NCBI RefSeq assembly: GCF_032191835.1
Contig: NC_083226.1
Span: 45,136,001-45,200,000, forward strand
Source: Heteronotia binoei
Taxonomy: Eukaryota
Length of the DNA: 64,000 bases
Direction: 5' to 3'
Shown here piece after piece: positions 1-13,000 of the stretch. Every line of letters begins with the position of its first letter. The stretch's first letter is position 1. A model generated the notes under the pieces. The model made no database searches and was not told the origin of the DNA. It saw only the letters and a program-made list of their open reading frames with translations. The position numbers were made by a program, and so were the translations under genes.

Positions 1-1424
1 TCCTCTGTGGTAAATACAGCCCACTTAAGTAACAGATGACTATGCTTGACTCTGAAGCTGGTAAAACTCGCTACTGAAAACTCTTTACAACAGATTTATT
101 GGTCTTTCTCTCTTTTCATGTCATGAACATGTAGCCTAACCATATTCTAACATGTCCTGATTGGCTACAGGGCCTATTAAGTCTTACATGAACATAAAAA
201 AATTGCTTGACCTAGTCAATCTTTTGCTAAAAGTGTCCTGAGGTGTTTTTTTTTTTTAAACCACCTGCTTGTTAATTGGGTGCAAAGGTTGAAGCCACAC
301 AAGTAACTTTGCACCATTCCTTCCTTGTCATTCACAGAAAAACATGCAAACAGGAATATGATATCGCAGAGAAAAACTATAAAGGTAAGATACTTTGTAA
401 AGTGACAGCAGAACAATTTTCATATATATAATGAAACATCTTTTTTATAACCAATATCCTAGATAAATGTTATGTGTTTGAAAACATTTATGAATCTTGG
501 AAAAGCCATGACTGATTTATACCATGTGAGCAGCCATACCTGGACCTTTGGAAAATGTGCATTTTTTAGATGTTTTCCTTCAGCTGAATCCTGCAAACTG
601 TGCTTTTCATTATTTTTAATGAATGTAGAATTGAAAATGGAATGTCTGAGATCCACAATGTTTTATCTGTACGTTTTAATATAAAGATTGAGAACAGCTT
701 TCACAAATAAATTTTACTGCAACATGCTTTTTAATTTGGTTATAACCAATGTATCTATTAACACAATTTGTTTGCTGTCTTCTTCTCTTTATCCTTGAGA
801 CTGATAAAGTTGCCTACCAATGAAGTTATGTAAATCTCATCATTGCAATGATGTATGCTCATGTCTTGTGTAATAAATAGTGCATGGTGACCCTGATCAG
901 TGGCGCCATTTCATATTTCCTTAAGGATGGGAATAAGTTCCTTAGCAAGGTTGACAGGTTAGCTCTTGAGTATTAACAGAGATGAAACTGCAGAATAACA
1001 ATAAAGAGAATGTATTGCATTATGATGTTTTCAAACATCATAATAATCACGGCAGAGTTATCAGCACAGAAGATTTTTTTCTGAAGTCTAGGTCACATGT
1101 GCCTTTGGAATACATAACTTGGATATAAACTATGCAGATTTATAATCACTATGTAGAACCAGTGAGGCCCTTCTGAGGAATAATCATATATGGTACTGAA
1201 AAAAGAAAGAGACAATATCCTCTCACCCTATACAGAGCCTCTGGTCCTGAACCAGTGACTAATACCAATTTATACATGAGCTTTTATGGAGATAGTAAAC
1301 TTTTAAACCCTGGTCATGCAGAATGAAGTAATTTGCCACCCATTAATTTTAATGATTGATACTGTTTCACCTATTTTGATCATCAGCAGCATGGGTACTT
1401 TTTAGATAACTAGAACTTTTATAG

Positions 1425-1493
1425 ATGCTTATCTGTAGACTTGTCAGTATTGGTGCTGTATTTTGTTATATTTTTCATTTCTGTTTGTTTGAG
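1425..1493 (+). CDS. LRRC19: LRRC19 coding exon 1 (putative signal peptide MLICRLVSIGAVFCYIFHFCLFE)
   Basis: ATG at 1425, 23 mostly hydrophobic codons, GAG|gtaatt phase-0 donor fitting the exon 2 acceptor. Chosen by fit; not alignable from memory. Confidence 0.6.
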
Positions 1494-3364
1494 GTAATTA
1501 AAAATTAATAATATAGTTTTCAAAAATCTTTTTTCACTTCACAAAAATTTATCGAGTATCCTGGAAAGACACAGTCTTTCGCTGAAACTTCCTGTTTGGC
1601 ATACTGATTGTGCTTGGAGGGAGGACCAGCCCATAGAGGTAGGGGAGAGAAACATATATACACAGTGCGGGGGAGGAGTAGGCCACAACTTTATTAATTA
1701 CAGATTCCTCAGGTCTTGGAACAGTATAGGCTGGATACAGTGGGTGCAAATGACTGCCTGACTGCTGTCAGAAGCCCTCCCCAACCTGCCTGTTGGTGAA
1801 CCCAAGGGAAGAGTGTTGATATTAGGGCTGGGAACAGCAGAATCTACTCTTTGTACCTATCCCCAGACCTCTGGGGGCAAAGTTAGTGGGTCAAATACAA
1901 AATTAGCTACCATGCACCCCATCCCCCAGGGGTCATGTTGCCTCCTGTCCCCCCCCCCCCCGCAAAAAACACCTGATGTTCCAGATTAAGGCTGTGAGCT
2001 AGATTTATGTGTGTAATAAAATGGTTGTCTTATCTCCTTCAATATATTGTACAAAAGAACTTTTAACTGCTTCCCAAGAGATCAGCTACTAAAAAAACGC
2101 CGTATTAGGTTAATACCTCATGATATCTGAAAGTTAGCAGATTTATTAGCTCAAAACTGCCTCAAGTCCCATTTAGGGGAGAGGGACTGGGATATAAATT
2201 TGACAAATAAAAACCAAGACACTAACTTAATCCATAATTATGAGCTGCCAGGTAGAGATGTACACATGCCGGATACATGTGTGCACAGGAATTCTGAACA
2301 TGGTTTTCTTTCTAGCAGTTTCTCACCTGAAACTCTAAACTCTCCCAATTTAATAAGTAAACAACAGTTTGGGATGTTATGTTGGGAGCTGGTTGAAAAA
2401 TTCCAACTTGCATTTACTGTTCTGTGTGTATACAGTTCCTCGGTAGATCATAGCTGTGTATATAATCACAACACTTGATGAAACTGTCTTCTGTAAGCTA
2501 ATAGAAATTAGGCAGCTGTTTTGTGGCACTGTGGGATGAATACAGACAAGGGGGGAAATTCACAAAGCTAAACCTTGGGCCAGTCACTTTCAATCTAATA
2601 TTCCTCACAGGATTGCTGTAAAGATGCATGAGGAAGGGAAACAAGACAGTGTAAACTGGCGTGAGCATTTTGGGAAACAGGTGAGACAAAATGTAACAAA
2701 TAATAACATAGTTCACATTTCTCATAGTCCATTCTGTTTTGTGAATCCAGTGAAGTGACTAGGTTTGGCAACCAGGATTTTGATGCTTTTTGGGTCACAA
2801 TTTGCCATGAACAAACCATGGGTAAGGGTTAGTTTTAGGATCCTCTTAATTATCATATTGAATGCTAACATTTCTTAATATTCCAGCGATAACATACCTC
2901 TAACATCCTAAATTTACAGATTTGGAAAATGAAACTGACTTGGCTCCCACTAATGGGTACTGTATTTTTTCTGCTCCTGGTCACTTCAGAGAGCGCTGTA
3001 AGTTTTATAATGAACTTTATCTATTTTTTCTAAAATGCTCACTATAAGCCCCCTACCAAAAATGTGATAATGTAAGTTGTTGTAACATGTATAAATTTAA
3101 TTTCTGCCTATTTTATATGACACGGTATATTATATACCATTGTCTAAACCAGGGGTGGTCAAACTGTTGCTTGGGAGCCACATGCAGCTCTCGAAGCCCC
3201 AGCTGCCCTGTCAGCCAGCATGGGGAAGTCATTTGCCTCTTTAAAACCCTTTGCCAAGCCACTTGGTGTGGGGGGCTTGGAGAACGCATTTAAAATTACT
3301 TTCTTTCTACCTCTTCTTCCCACTCCCCATCTTTTTTCCCTCTCTCTCTTTCTCCCCTTCCTTC

Positions 3365-3396
<32 letters not shown>

Positions 3397-3561
3397 GTTT
3401 CCAGTTGAGGAAGCTAGAGAATGTTTGCTGAAATATATCACTTTCAAGAGATTTTTCAGGAAACAAATAGTTCTGGTTATCTAGTAGTTCAGTTTATTAC
3501 CATCAAACATGAGTTAAAAACTGGAATAAATAAATAAAGCTCAAGGTTGCTTTTATTCTTG

Positions 3562-3642
<81 letters not shown>

Positions 3643-6600
3643 AATAATATAATTGCACAGTTAATTGGACAGGGGCGTGGTTGGAGTTGTGGGAGCTGGT
3701 GGGTCAAAGTGTGTTCAGCCATGTTCATGTCTTATGGCTCTCAAACATCTAACGTTCATTTTATGTGGCTCTTACATTAAGCAAACTTGGCCACCTTTGC
3801 TCTAAACCACAGTGCCTGAGAAAGCACTGTAGTGGGATTAATTCTTTTATGGACCTTCTTAATTTCATGAAAGAATTCCTTAATCTTGGCTTCAACTGGG
3901 CGCAGTCATATATGATCCTTCTTTTCATTGTGGGTAAAGCGGTGGGATTAAATAAACTCTTAAATCTCTTCAATCTTATGACTGTGTGCTAGAATCTGAA
4001 TATACAATCCTGATTGATTCAGGGATTTAAAATGGCTAAAATCAATATTTTGGAACAGAAAATAGTTTAGCCCTATTTGACATTTGAATTCTGACACTTC
4101 GTATAAAAAATAGTGGAACTTTCTCATCTAGCCTGAACAACAGAGAACCAGTACATTGTAGTGGTCAGACTATGACTGAGAAGGCCAGGCTCATATGCCA
4201 CATGAATCTTATTCTGTCAGTCAAACCTAACTCAGAGTGCTGTTAGATAAAATGGAGAAGAGGACCACACATGCTGCCCTAAGCACCTGGTAGGAAGAGA
4301 GACACTGAAAATGAAGGTGAACTTCTTTCACACACTTTCTCTTTTCCTAAAGGGTGCTTTTGATGGAGAGAGCAGCCATTTATGGGGTGATAATAAAATA
4401 CTGATTTTTAATAAGTTTCCATGACATTAAATAATCACAGGAGCTTGATATTTAACATACCCCTCTATTTCTACCCACATTTTTTAACATAAGGCAATAT
4501 CTATATTCTATATTATCTATATTCATAACACTTTTTGTCTTTTCCTTTTAACAGGAGATGACTGATGCAACGGCAAACAACACTTCTTCTGTTTTTATGC
4601 TTAGCAACAATAACTTTAGTTTAAGTGATAATTTAACAATAATTTTGCACAAGAACCCTAACATCACAGAATTATACCTGAATAACAACACTATTCCCAT
4701 TCTACACAGCTATACCTTTTGCAATCTTTCAAAACTAACAATTCTAGATGTCAGTAATAATTCCATCCAAACAGTTGAACAAGCAGCCTTTGCTGGCTTA
4801 AATCAGTTAACAGCTTTGCATCTACAGAACAATGAAATTGCCCATTTAGATTCTAGTGTGTTTGTATTTCTAAAGAGCTTGAAGATCTTGAACTTACAAA
4901 ATAACAACCTTGGACATTTTGAAATTGAAGTATCGCTTAATTTGACAACAGTTACACTATTTGGAAATCCATGGAATTGTTCATGTGGCCTGCTTAGTTT
5001 ACAGAGCTGGTTGAATAATTCACAATTAATAATAGGTGAGATTAACAAAATTCTTGTGCTCTTGTCATTTTTCTTTCCTTCCAAAATTCTGGCTAGTGAT
5101 GGTTGTGAAACCATCCCATGCCAGATAATCTACAAATATTTATATTGCTTTAAATACATAAAAAAATGCTATGAGAACCTATTTTAAAGAATCAAGTTCC
5201 AAAAGCTGTTCTATTGTCCATAAAAGAAAGAGGTCTAAACCATCAAACAGAAAATTACTCAGAATAATTGATAACTTCAGGATGTCAGTTCTCCCCATAA
5301 CTAAGATTTTTATTAAATGAACTGATAGCACAGTAAAATGTACCCGGCTATATTATAAATGACATCCATACTCTCTCTGTCCAAGAATACTGTGACAGGA
5401 TAAACAATTTTCTGTAGCATGAGACTGGTTTTCTATAAAAGGTCCATCTAGTTTACTAATTCTTAACAGAGAACATACAGACCCGAAGGGGGCAAGCTAC
5501 AAATGGGGGGTGGGATTCAAGATTTTAAACAACCTGTCCTGACCTAGATAGCCTGGGCAAGCCCAATCTTATCAGATCTTGGAAGCTAACAAGGGCCAGC
5601 CCTGGCTAATATTTGGATAGGAAACCTCCAAGGAATACCAGGGTGTGATATATAAGCAGGCGATGGCAAGCCACCTCTGAACATTCTTTTGCCCTCAAGC
5701 CTCACGAGGAGTCGCCAGGAGTCAGGTTGACTTGGTGGAAAAAAAGCAGAGGAAATAAAGATTTTAAACAGCCTCTTTTTCTCTCTTGCATGCCTTCTAA
5801 CAGCCAGTAGAAGGCAGTTGTTTTACAATACTCACCCCATACTAGGACTGAATTCTAAACTTCAGATTTGTCCTCCAACCCCATAAAAAGTGGACTTAAA
5901 CAGATATACCCCCTCTGAACTTGGGGCAACCCCACAAAAATCATTATTCCCGATTGGCTTCCAGAAAGAAAACAACAGAAAAGGCACTACAGTAACAACC
6001 AGGGCTTTTTTCTTTTCTGAAAAAAGAGGTGCCAGAACTAAAGAGTGAAATAAAGGAGAAACACACAATTGCCCCCTCATGAACTTTTAAACATTTTTTT
6101 GAGAGTTTTGTTTCCACAAAGAGGTTCTGGAACACCATTCTGTTGCATTTCCCCAAGGAAAAAAGCCCTGATAACAACCAAAATAAGGGAGAAAGAGGCT
6201 CTCAAAAAAGTGCCAAATTGCACTTTTAAAATACTGTTTCTTCCTTGTTTGCATATATTATAAATACATCCACATAAGCAAAAGAATCTATGAAGTGCTG
6301 TATTTGTATCCCAAGTTTTTCTTGTGGCTTGAGGAACATTTGATTATAGTATTGCACATTGGTGGGTGGTACTGGATTAAAAATTGGGACTTGCTAATCT
6401 TGTTAACCAATCTGATGGGGATATTTCTGTAATCATCATAAACAGAAGCCTTAATAGAGGGAAGCTGAAAGAAGGAGCTGACAAGCAGAAATTTGGTTTT
6501 GAACTACTATTTAATTAATTTAGGCCAGGGGTGTTGAACTCATTTGTTATGAGGGATGAATCTGACATAAATGAGACCTCGTAGGGCTGGGGCTTGGGAG

Positions 6601-9013
6601 CCACACACAGCTCTTGCTGGGCTTGGCCACATGTGTCATAAAACGTAATTCCAGGAAGTGGAGATACAAACCTTATAAAGGACACTGAAGTGTTTTTTTT
6701 AAAGGTGCTTTCTTTGGATCTCTCTAACGGGATCGAGGGAATTGAGCAAAAGAAGCTCTGGCTCTTTCCCTCCCTCCCCAGGGTACGAGGGGGAGAAGCC
6801 TCAGTCAACAGAAGGAAGACTTCTACTATATGATTGAGAGAGTCTGGCAAAGCAAGCTTGTCCCTTTCCCCCTTCCTCCCCAAGGGAGGCATTTCAGCCA
6901 ATGGAGAAAGTAGAGGCTCTGTTCTGTAACTTCTGTGTGATTGAGCAAGCCTGGCAAAACAAGCTGTGACACAGAAGGAAGCAAGACAGAGGGAGAAGGA
7001 AGCAGACTTGCCCTATTCTAGGTCCTCATACTAAGTCCTCATCCAAATCCCGGGTTGCATGTTTTAACACCTCTGATTCAGGCCCAAGAGAGGATTATTA
7101 AAGACATAAACCATACAACTAGAAACTCTAATGACAGATGCTGACCAATGTCTGGATCCCTTCAAGAATGTCTGGATGTAGATGGGTGGGAGGGAAAAAA
7201 ACAACAACTAATTTTCTACTGAGAATATTCTCCAAATGAAGAAAGTTGAGCATGGTAATTTTAATCATAATAATTTTAATCATTAAAATGTTAGTATGTT
7301 CTGATATAACAATACCTTTTTAACTTTTGATTATCATATAATGTTGCAGTTTTATTTGTTTGAACATTTCTTGGCAGATGAGGCAAAATAACATTTTAAA
7401 TCATATAATTAAATAAGGATCTTTTTATATGGGTAAAATGAATGGCACTAACTGAACTCTGCAATCTTTTTATTGTTTATACTTACAGAAAATGAAAAAA
7501 ATACCACATGCACCTCTCCAGATAGTCTAAAAACACAACCCATCAAAACAGCACTTCTATCTAATTGTAACAGAAAAGAGGAGACTGAAGCAATCACCAA
7601 ACTTTACAGTTCTATTAATTCTAGCAATGATACTGGAGCCTCTGGATATAATGATACAGATCGAAAATTATCATATTCAGGTACATTTCAGTTTTGGTTA
7701 ACAGTAGTGTCCATGTATTTGGTGCTGTGAAATAGGTCTAGAAGAAAACTAGAGGATCATTTAGTTCACTGAAATAGAATTTAAAACACTGAAATATACC
7801 CAAACATAGTTTCACACAGTTTGCCTTAAAACTGCTAAAAGACCTCAGTTTTTTAAAAATAAACTTTTGTGGCTTCTCTGAAAAGACGTGTAGAATGTAG
7901 GATGCTTTGAGCAATGTTTACTATTTGAGACTAAGAAGCCAGTGTTTATTTTGATTTATGGACTCCACTTTCTTTACTGCCCTTATGCTTTTATGATATA
8001 TGTCTATTAAATTTCAGGATATAACTTGATATTTATTCCAGTGCAGCTTTTGTAACTTTTTAGAATTTGTAATACATAGGGCTTTTTTTGTAGCAGGAAC
8101 TCCTTTGCATATGAGGCCACACACCCCTGAGGTAGCAAATCCTCCAAGAGCTTACAGGACTCTTAGTATAGGGCTTTTTTTGTAGCAGGAACTCCTTTGC
8201 ATATGAGGCCACACACCCCTGAGGTAGCAAATCCTCCAAGAGCTTACAGGACTCTTAGTATAGGGCCTATTGTAAACTCCAGGAAGATTGGCTACATCAG
8301 GGCTATGTGGCCTAACATGAAAAGGAGTTCCTGCTACGAAAAAAGAAAACAATGCAATTGTATTACATACTACAAAAATAAACTGCTTAGGTCAGGGGCT
8401 GAGCCTGTAGGTATCTTTGGAATTCTGATATATAACCCGGACATAAGTTGGGATATAAGGACTCTGAGATCTCAATTTCAATTCATATTTGATGAAAGGA
8501 GCTTTGACTCTTGAAAGCTTATACCCCCAAAATCTTCTTGGTCTCTAAGGTGCCAGTGGACTTGAATCTCGCTGCTCTACTGTAGACTAACACAGTCACC
8601 CTCTGAAACTATCTGTGAAAATGAACAGACTATGAGAAAAAAATGTGACACTTTGTACTGAGAAATGCTAAAACAATATTCCTCCCTGTATTCTTAATCA
8701 TGCAGATTTCCCACCCATTGGCAAAAGCTGGAAATTTCTGATTGGTGTCTTTATAGTTATTGTTACTACTACAATGCTGATTATTACTGCCATTAAAGTC
8801 CCAGTGTGGTACCGTCATATGATTAGTTACAATCATAGCCGTCTGGATGAAGATGAATCTGGAATGTTTGAAGAAAATTTTTCCACAGATATGTGCCATT
8901 TCCCACCAGGACCAAATACCAATGAAAATGACTCCATAGTGATATTTGAACAATTTCATACATTTGTTCCAGAAGAGGATGGATTTATTGAAGATAAGTA
9001 TATTGATACATGA
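1425..9013 (+). CDS. LRRC19: Leucine-rich repeat-containing protein 19, whole gene (exons 1425-1493, 4555-5035, 7489-7680, 8706-9013; 349 aa)
   Basis: Exons join in frame through GT-AG introns: hydrophobic leader, LRRs, GNPWNCSC LRRCT, TM (GKSWKFLIGVFIVIVTTTMLIITAIK), C-terminus VIFEQFHTFVPEEDGFIEDKYID matching the LRRC19 tail. It lies inside IFT74 on the opposite strand, as in other amniotes. Confidence 0.92.
3150..3799. mobile_element. hAT-type MITE containing an (AT)n expansion
   Basis: TIRs CAGGGGTGGTCAA / TTGGCCACCTTTG; 8-bp TSD gtctaaac/ctctaaac. Confidence 0.75.
3564..3640. repeat. (AT)n microsatellite, ~38 units
   Basis: Uninterrupted TA run. Confidence 0.98.
4555..5035 (+). CDS. 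LRRC19: LRRC19 exon 2 (LRR array)
   Basis: ttttaacag acceptor, LxxLxLxxNxI repeats, ATAG|gtgag donor; overlaps ORF 4558-5187. Confidence 0.92.
5536..5735 (+). mobile_element. 5S rRNA-derived SINE (5S-Sauria-like)
   Basis: gcccaatcttatcagatcttggaagctaa...tttggataggaaacc...ggaatacc is diverged 5S rRNA followed by a SINE/RTE-type tail. Confidence 0.75.
6000..6170. mobile_element. hAT MITE (CAGGGCTTTTTT TIR)
   Basis: TIRs cagggctttttt / aaaaaagccctg; TSD gtaacaac/ataacaac. Confidence 0.8.
6526..7075. mobile_element. hAT MITE, same family as 14933-15540
   Basis: Shared 5' sequence aactcatttgttatgaggg; TSD atttaggc/attcaggc. Confidence 0.75.
7489..7680 (+). CDS. LRRC19: LRRC19 exon 3 (LRRCT end and stalk)
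   Basis: acttacag acceptor, ENEKNTTCTSPDSL..., TCAG|gtacat donor. Confidence 0.88.
8077..8345. mobile_element. hAT MITE (agggctttttttgtagcaggaactcc family) with a duplicated left arm
   Basis: Inverted ends gtagcaggaactcc / ggagttcctgctac; exact 92-bp tandem duplication. Confidence 0.75.
8706..9013 (+). CDS. LRRC19: LRRC19 exon 4 (TM and cytoplasmic tail)
   Basis: tgcag acceptor, DFPPIGKSWKFLIGV...EDKYIDT-TGA. Confidence 0.93.
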
Positions 9014-9280
9014 AGACTTGCTTGACTGAATCTATTTGCCTTATGCTGTAATATTAGCACAGATCCGTAGTATACAAACTTTTATGAACTACAGAGCTAA
9101 CAATTTGTTAGCTTAATTCAATCATAATATCCTTACATTTTAGTGTTTTCATGCAAAAATACTACAATGTGCTAAAGGAACACCAAGCCTCTCTTTGCAT
9201 AAAGGAAAATATGATTTATATGTTTAAAAATAGGAGGAAAAACAGCATCCAGTGATAATTAAGAAAAAAGATATGTCACT

Positions 9281-9286
9281 AATAAA
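9281..9286 (+). terminator. Candidate LRRC19 polyadenylation signal AATAAA
   Basis: First AATAAA I found, ~270 nt after the stop codon. Confidence 0.4.
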
Positions 9287-10001
9287 GTCTGTCAGGATAT
9301 GAGTCGCTAATGAAGTTTGTCAGGAGTTTAAAATGTAACAAGCGACAAAAAGACATAACTTTCAGTGTTTGAACATAGCGAAATCTATAAGCATTTTAAA
9401 ATAATTTTTACTATCAAATGGCTTTTGGTTTTTGCTGGTATACCCAATGATTTGATGACACGTACAAATTCAATGTAACATTTCATATTTGTTTGCATTT
9501 GCTAGACCCTTTTTAAAATTACAAAATCTGTATCTTAATAATTAAAGTGAAGAATTCTACAGAATGTATGAGTGGCTTTTTTGCTTTTTTAAGGTTTGTC
9601 CTGGAAGAAAACTATAATCCCATACCAGTAAAAGACAATGTAGCCAAAGCTATGGTTTCTACCATTTACCTTATACTGGAGAAAATACACTCACTGACAA
9701 CATTTCACATGAGAGAGGCATATGGAACTCTTAATTGCTTCATAGCATTTAACCTAATAGGGTTTAAATTACAAAAAATTATGGTTTAAATTACAAAATA
9801 TAAATTCCGTAGTAACTAAAAGGCTTTCAAATTCCAAAGTAGTGCGTTTAGGATCATGGTAATGGCACATAATAAAAAACTGGTAGCTACTGAAAGCAAA
9901 GCTGCACCACAGTGTGTATGTAGCTGTGTTTGCTATGACCATATCAACAATGTTGAACGTTTTCAGTTTTCAAATTTTAGTTTGGTGTTTCATATACTTA
10001 C

Positions 10002-10063
10002 GCTTGTCTTTCTGTAAAAACGCTGTCTATGCTTTGAGCTTCACGGTCATTTTGTGCTCTCAA
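10002..10063 (-). CDS. IFT74: IFT74 exon 8 ([21 protein letters not shown])
   Basis: 62 nt, ttttcatag acceptor, gtaagt donor. Confidence 0.92.
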
Positions 10064-13000
10064 CTATGAAAAAGACAAATCCATCAGAAACTTGGTGACA
10101 GCATATTTCCTACTTCTACAGCAAATATGAAAAAAATGCTATTTCCACAGCTCTCTGTTCCTCTATATTTCCTGCTAGTTTCACAGAACCATAAGACCAG
10201 GCTTTAAAAACAACCACCTGACCCCATAAATATTTACAGTTTAAAAATAAATCATGGTTTAGGGTAGCTCTGAATGCAACTTTACCATGCATGCATAATA
10301 GCTGGATTGCTGTCACCAGCAATGGAACTGCTTACCTGAATATATTAACAAATTCTTGAAACTACAGGTTCCCCTCCAACTGTCTGCTCTTGCAATAGCA
10401 ATGGCTACAAGCTCATAGCTGTATTAAATAAAATGTAAGTACGGTACACCTAATTGCTGTTTGGCAGTGAAGGGGGGGGGCAATGAACAGTCCCCTGTTC
10501 CCTGTCCTTAATAGGTGACTGGCATAATTTACGAATGTAAAGTATTTTAATATAAATTCTATCTGCCATTTGATGCTAGATTGTTCTTGTTAATGAATTA
10601 TTTTAAAATTGTTTTAACTTTTATTTATTGTCTATTTAAATGTTGTAAATCTACCTGCAACCTACTTTTAAGGAAGGGTGGCCAATAAATTGAACTTAAT
10701 AAATAAATAAATAAATAAATAACCTGCTTTCTGGTCTCATATATGCAGAATCACAGTGAGTGAGCTGAGCAGTCGGTACAATCTTAAAAAGAGTAACACC
10801 TTTCAAACTGCATTACACTCAGTGGGTTTAGGAGGCTGTAACTTTCTTTACGACTAAACTGTGATTCATGCAGACATCTGAAAGCCTGTTTGGACGCTCA
10901 TACAGTGTCTAGGTGGAGCAGGGTAATATACCCTTTCTTGGTACACTGGCAAATCTTTTAAAAATGACTGACTAGTCAGTTCAGCAGTACACACATTCTT
11001 CTCTATTGTCTGCAGAGCTATTTCATTGACAATAAAAACAGTGTTCTTCCCATCATGACCCCTTCCTTTGAAAAAAAAGTTGTGGCTTTCTTATAGTCTC
11101 TCACATTGACTAAAAGAGCATGGAGGAGGCTGCTTTCAAAAAGGCATTAGGCCAGCAGTAAAAGTGTGGACTGACCTCAAGACACACTGTGCTATGCAAA
11201 TTCAATGCAATAAATAAATAAATTCTAGCAGCTAAATTTAAACCCAGTCCTATATTTTCTCATAAAGCAATTGTCTACTGTATTAATGTGAACTGCAGAA
11301 ATGTAAATATTCTATTGTTGAAGAAGCATGATGCTATGCCACACCTGTCCACTTCCCTCACTCAGACGCAAGATTTTCCCTCTGTTTTTCTTTTCCTTTC
11401 TAACTGAGCCACCCTAGCGATCTGTTTTCTTCTTTCCTGAAGAAATCTGGCCAGTCAGCCTTGTCACAGTATATGTTAGCTGTTGGCTCAGCCCAGAAAT
11501 CTGAGGGATCAAGAGTCCTCTTTAACATAAACTTAAATGGCACTCAAGGTGTTTTGAAATTCCAAATTAACAAAATATTTTATTTAACATAGAGGGGAAA
11601 GGTCAAATGAAATCAGGGGTAAAATTTCTGAGGTAACTCAATAAAGAAGTAAATCAGTATATGTACAGACTTTAGTTCATATGTTTCAGGCTACTGAGAG
11701 TTTCATAAACTTTCCACAGTGACTTAGGATCTTTAAAACGAGAGGCTTTTGTTTTTGTGATCCCCAAACACTCCAGTACACTTTCTTTGAGCATTCATTG
11801 ACTCTTGGTTTACAGAAGGCTGGGGCACTTTATCCACTACTCAAGCTTTTCTTCTAAAAAGACCAGTACTCTTCTTGAGTTTTTTTTCGGCTCTTAAGGT
11901 TTCACAGGGCAGTTTCTAACTACACCAGACCAGAGATCTCTCCACTGTTCACAGCTATCTCCTTGTTTTGCATTGGTGGAGAAACTTCTTCTCTATCTAG
12001 AAGAGCTATCTCCTTGGGCATCTTCCTCTAACTACCCACTGCTCTTGCCAACTTCCCTCAGTCCTCTCTCTGTGCTAAACTGCTCTCAGTTAGGGCTGAG
12101 TTCAGACTGAATCCTCCTCAGCATCCAGTTCAGAAGTCTTTCTCTGTTTAACTGATGTTAATCAATCAGATCTCTTGGAGCAGCTGGTCATTCTCTTTGA
12201 TGAATTAACACTTTACAGTCCTTTACCTGTTTATACAGAACTTCTAAGTCTTTAAAAGCATAGCCTATCACAGATGCAGATTAAATGAATAAGATGAGGA
12301 GAAATAATGACTATGTAGAAGCTCCCCCCTTCCCCCCCGAAAGCTGAATTAGTTTATACAGAAACAATAAATCAATACATGGTGACAAGCAAGAAGGCCT
12401 GATGAGCTGTTTATATATCTACATCAGGAGTCTAAGAAGCTGGTAATGTAACAATAACATTAAACCAAACTGCTGCAGAACACTGTCATTCTTCTCATGA
12501 ACTATTAACATCAGCAGCAATAATTTAATGCTGAATTACAACCAGTCATATGGGAACACTGCAGCAGTAGGGAAAGGTCTGACAATAAACTGTCAATTCA
12601 AACAGTCAACATTGCACTGAAGTTCTAATTTTAACACTTACTAGGTTGTAGTCATTCATCACTTCCTCCATGTCAGTATTGGTGTTGAGCTTATCCACCA
12701 ACTAAAACAAACATCAAATGTTTAACTATTCATTGTTGCTTCTAGATTCACACAGATAACAAGGATGTTATGAACATGCATTCCCAAATATAATTAACAG
12801 TTTTACAGTAACTATAGAAAAACTACAGAAATATCTGCACAATTGCTATTCCCAGTTAAAACCATTATGTTTAGGACATAAAATCAATATAAATATAAAT
12901 AAAAATAGGTGTAACAGTTACATTGTTGAGACCAGGAATGGTGAGAACTAGATCCAAATTCATAATCAGTCACAAAGCTCAATGAGTGACTGTGACAATC

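Noticed and set aside
3489-3780. ORFs with (IY)n runs
   Set aside because: Translation of the (AT)n microsatellite.
5536-5650. Possible 5S rRNA gene
   Set aside because: Too diverged, 5'-altered and fused to a SINE tail, with several similar dispersed copies; called a SINE.
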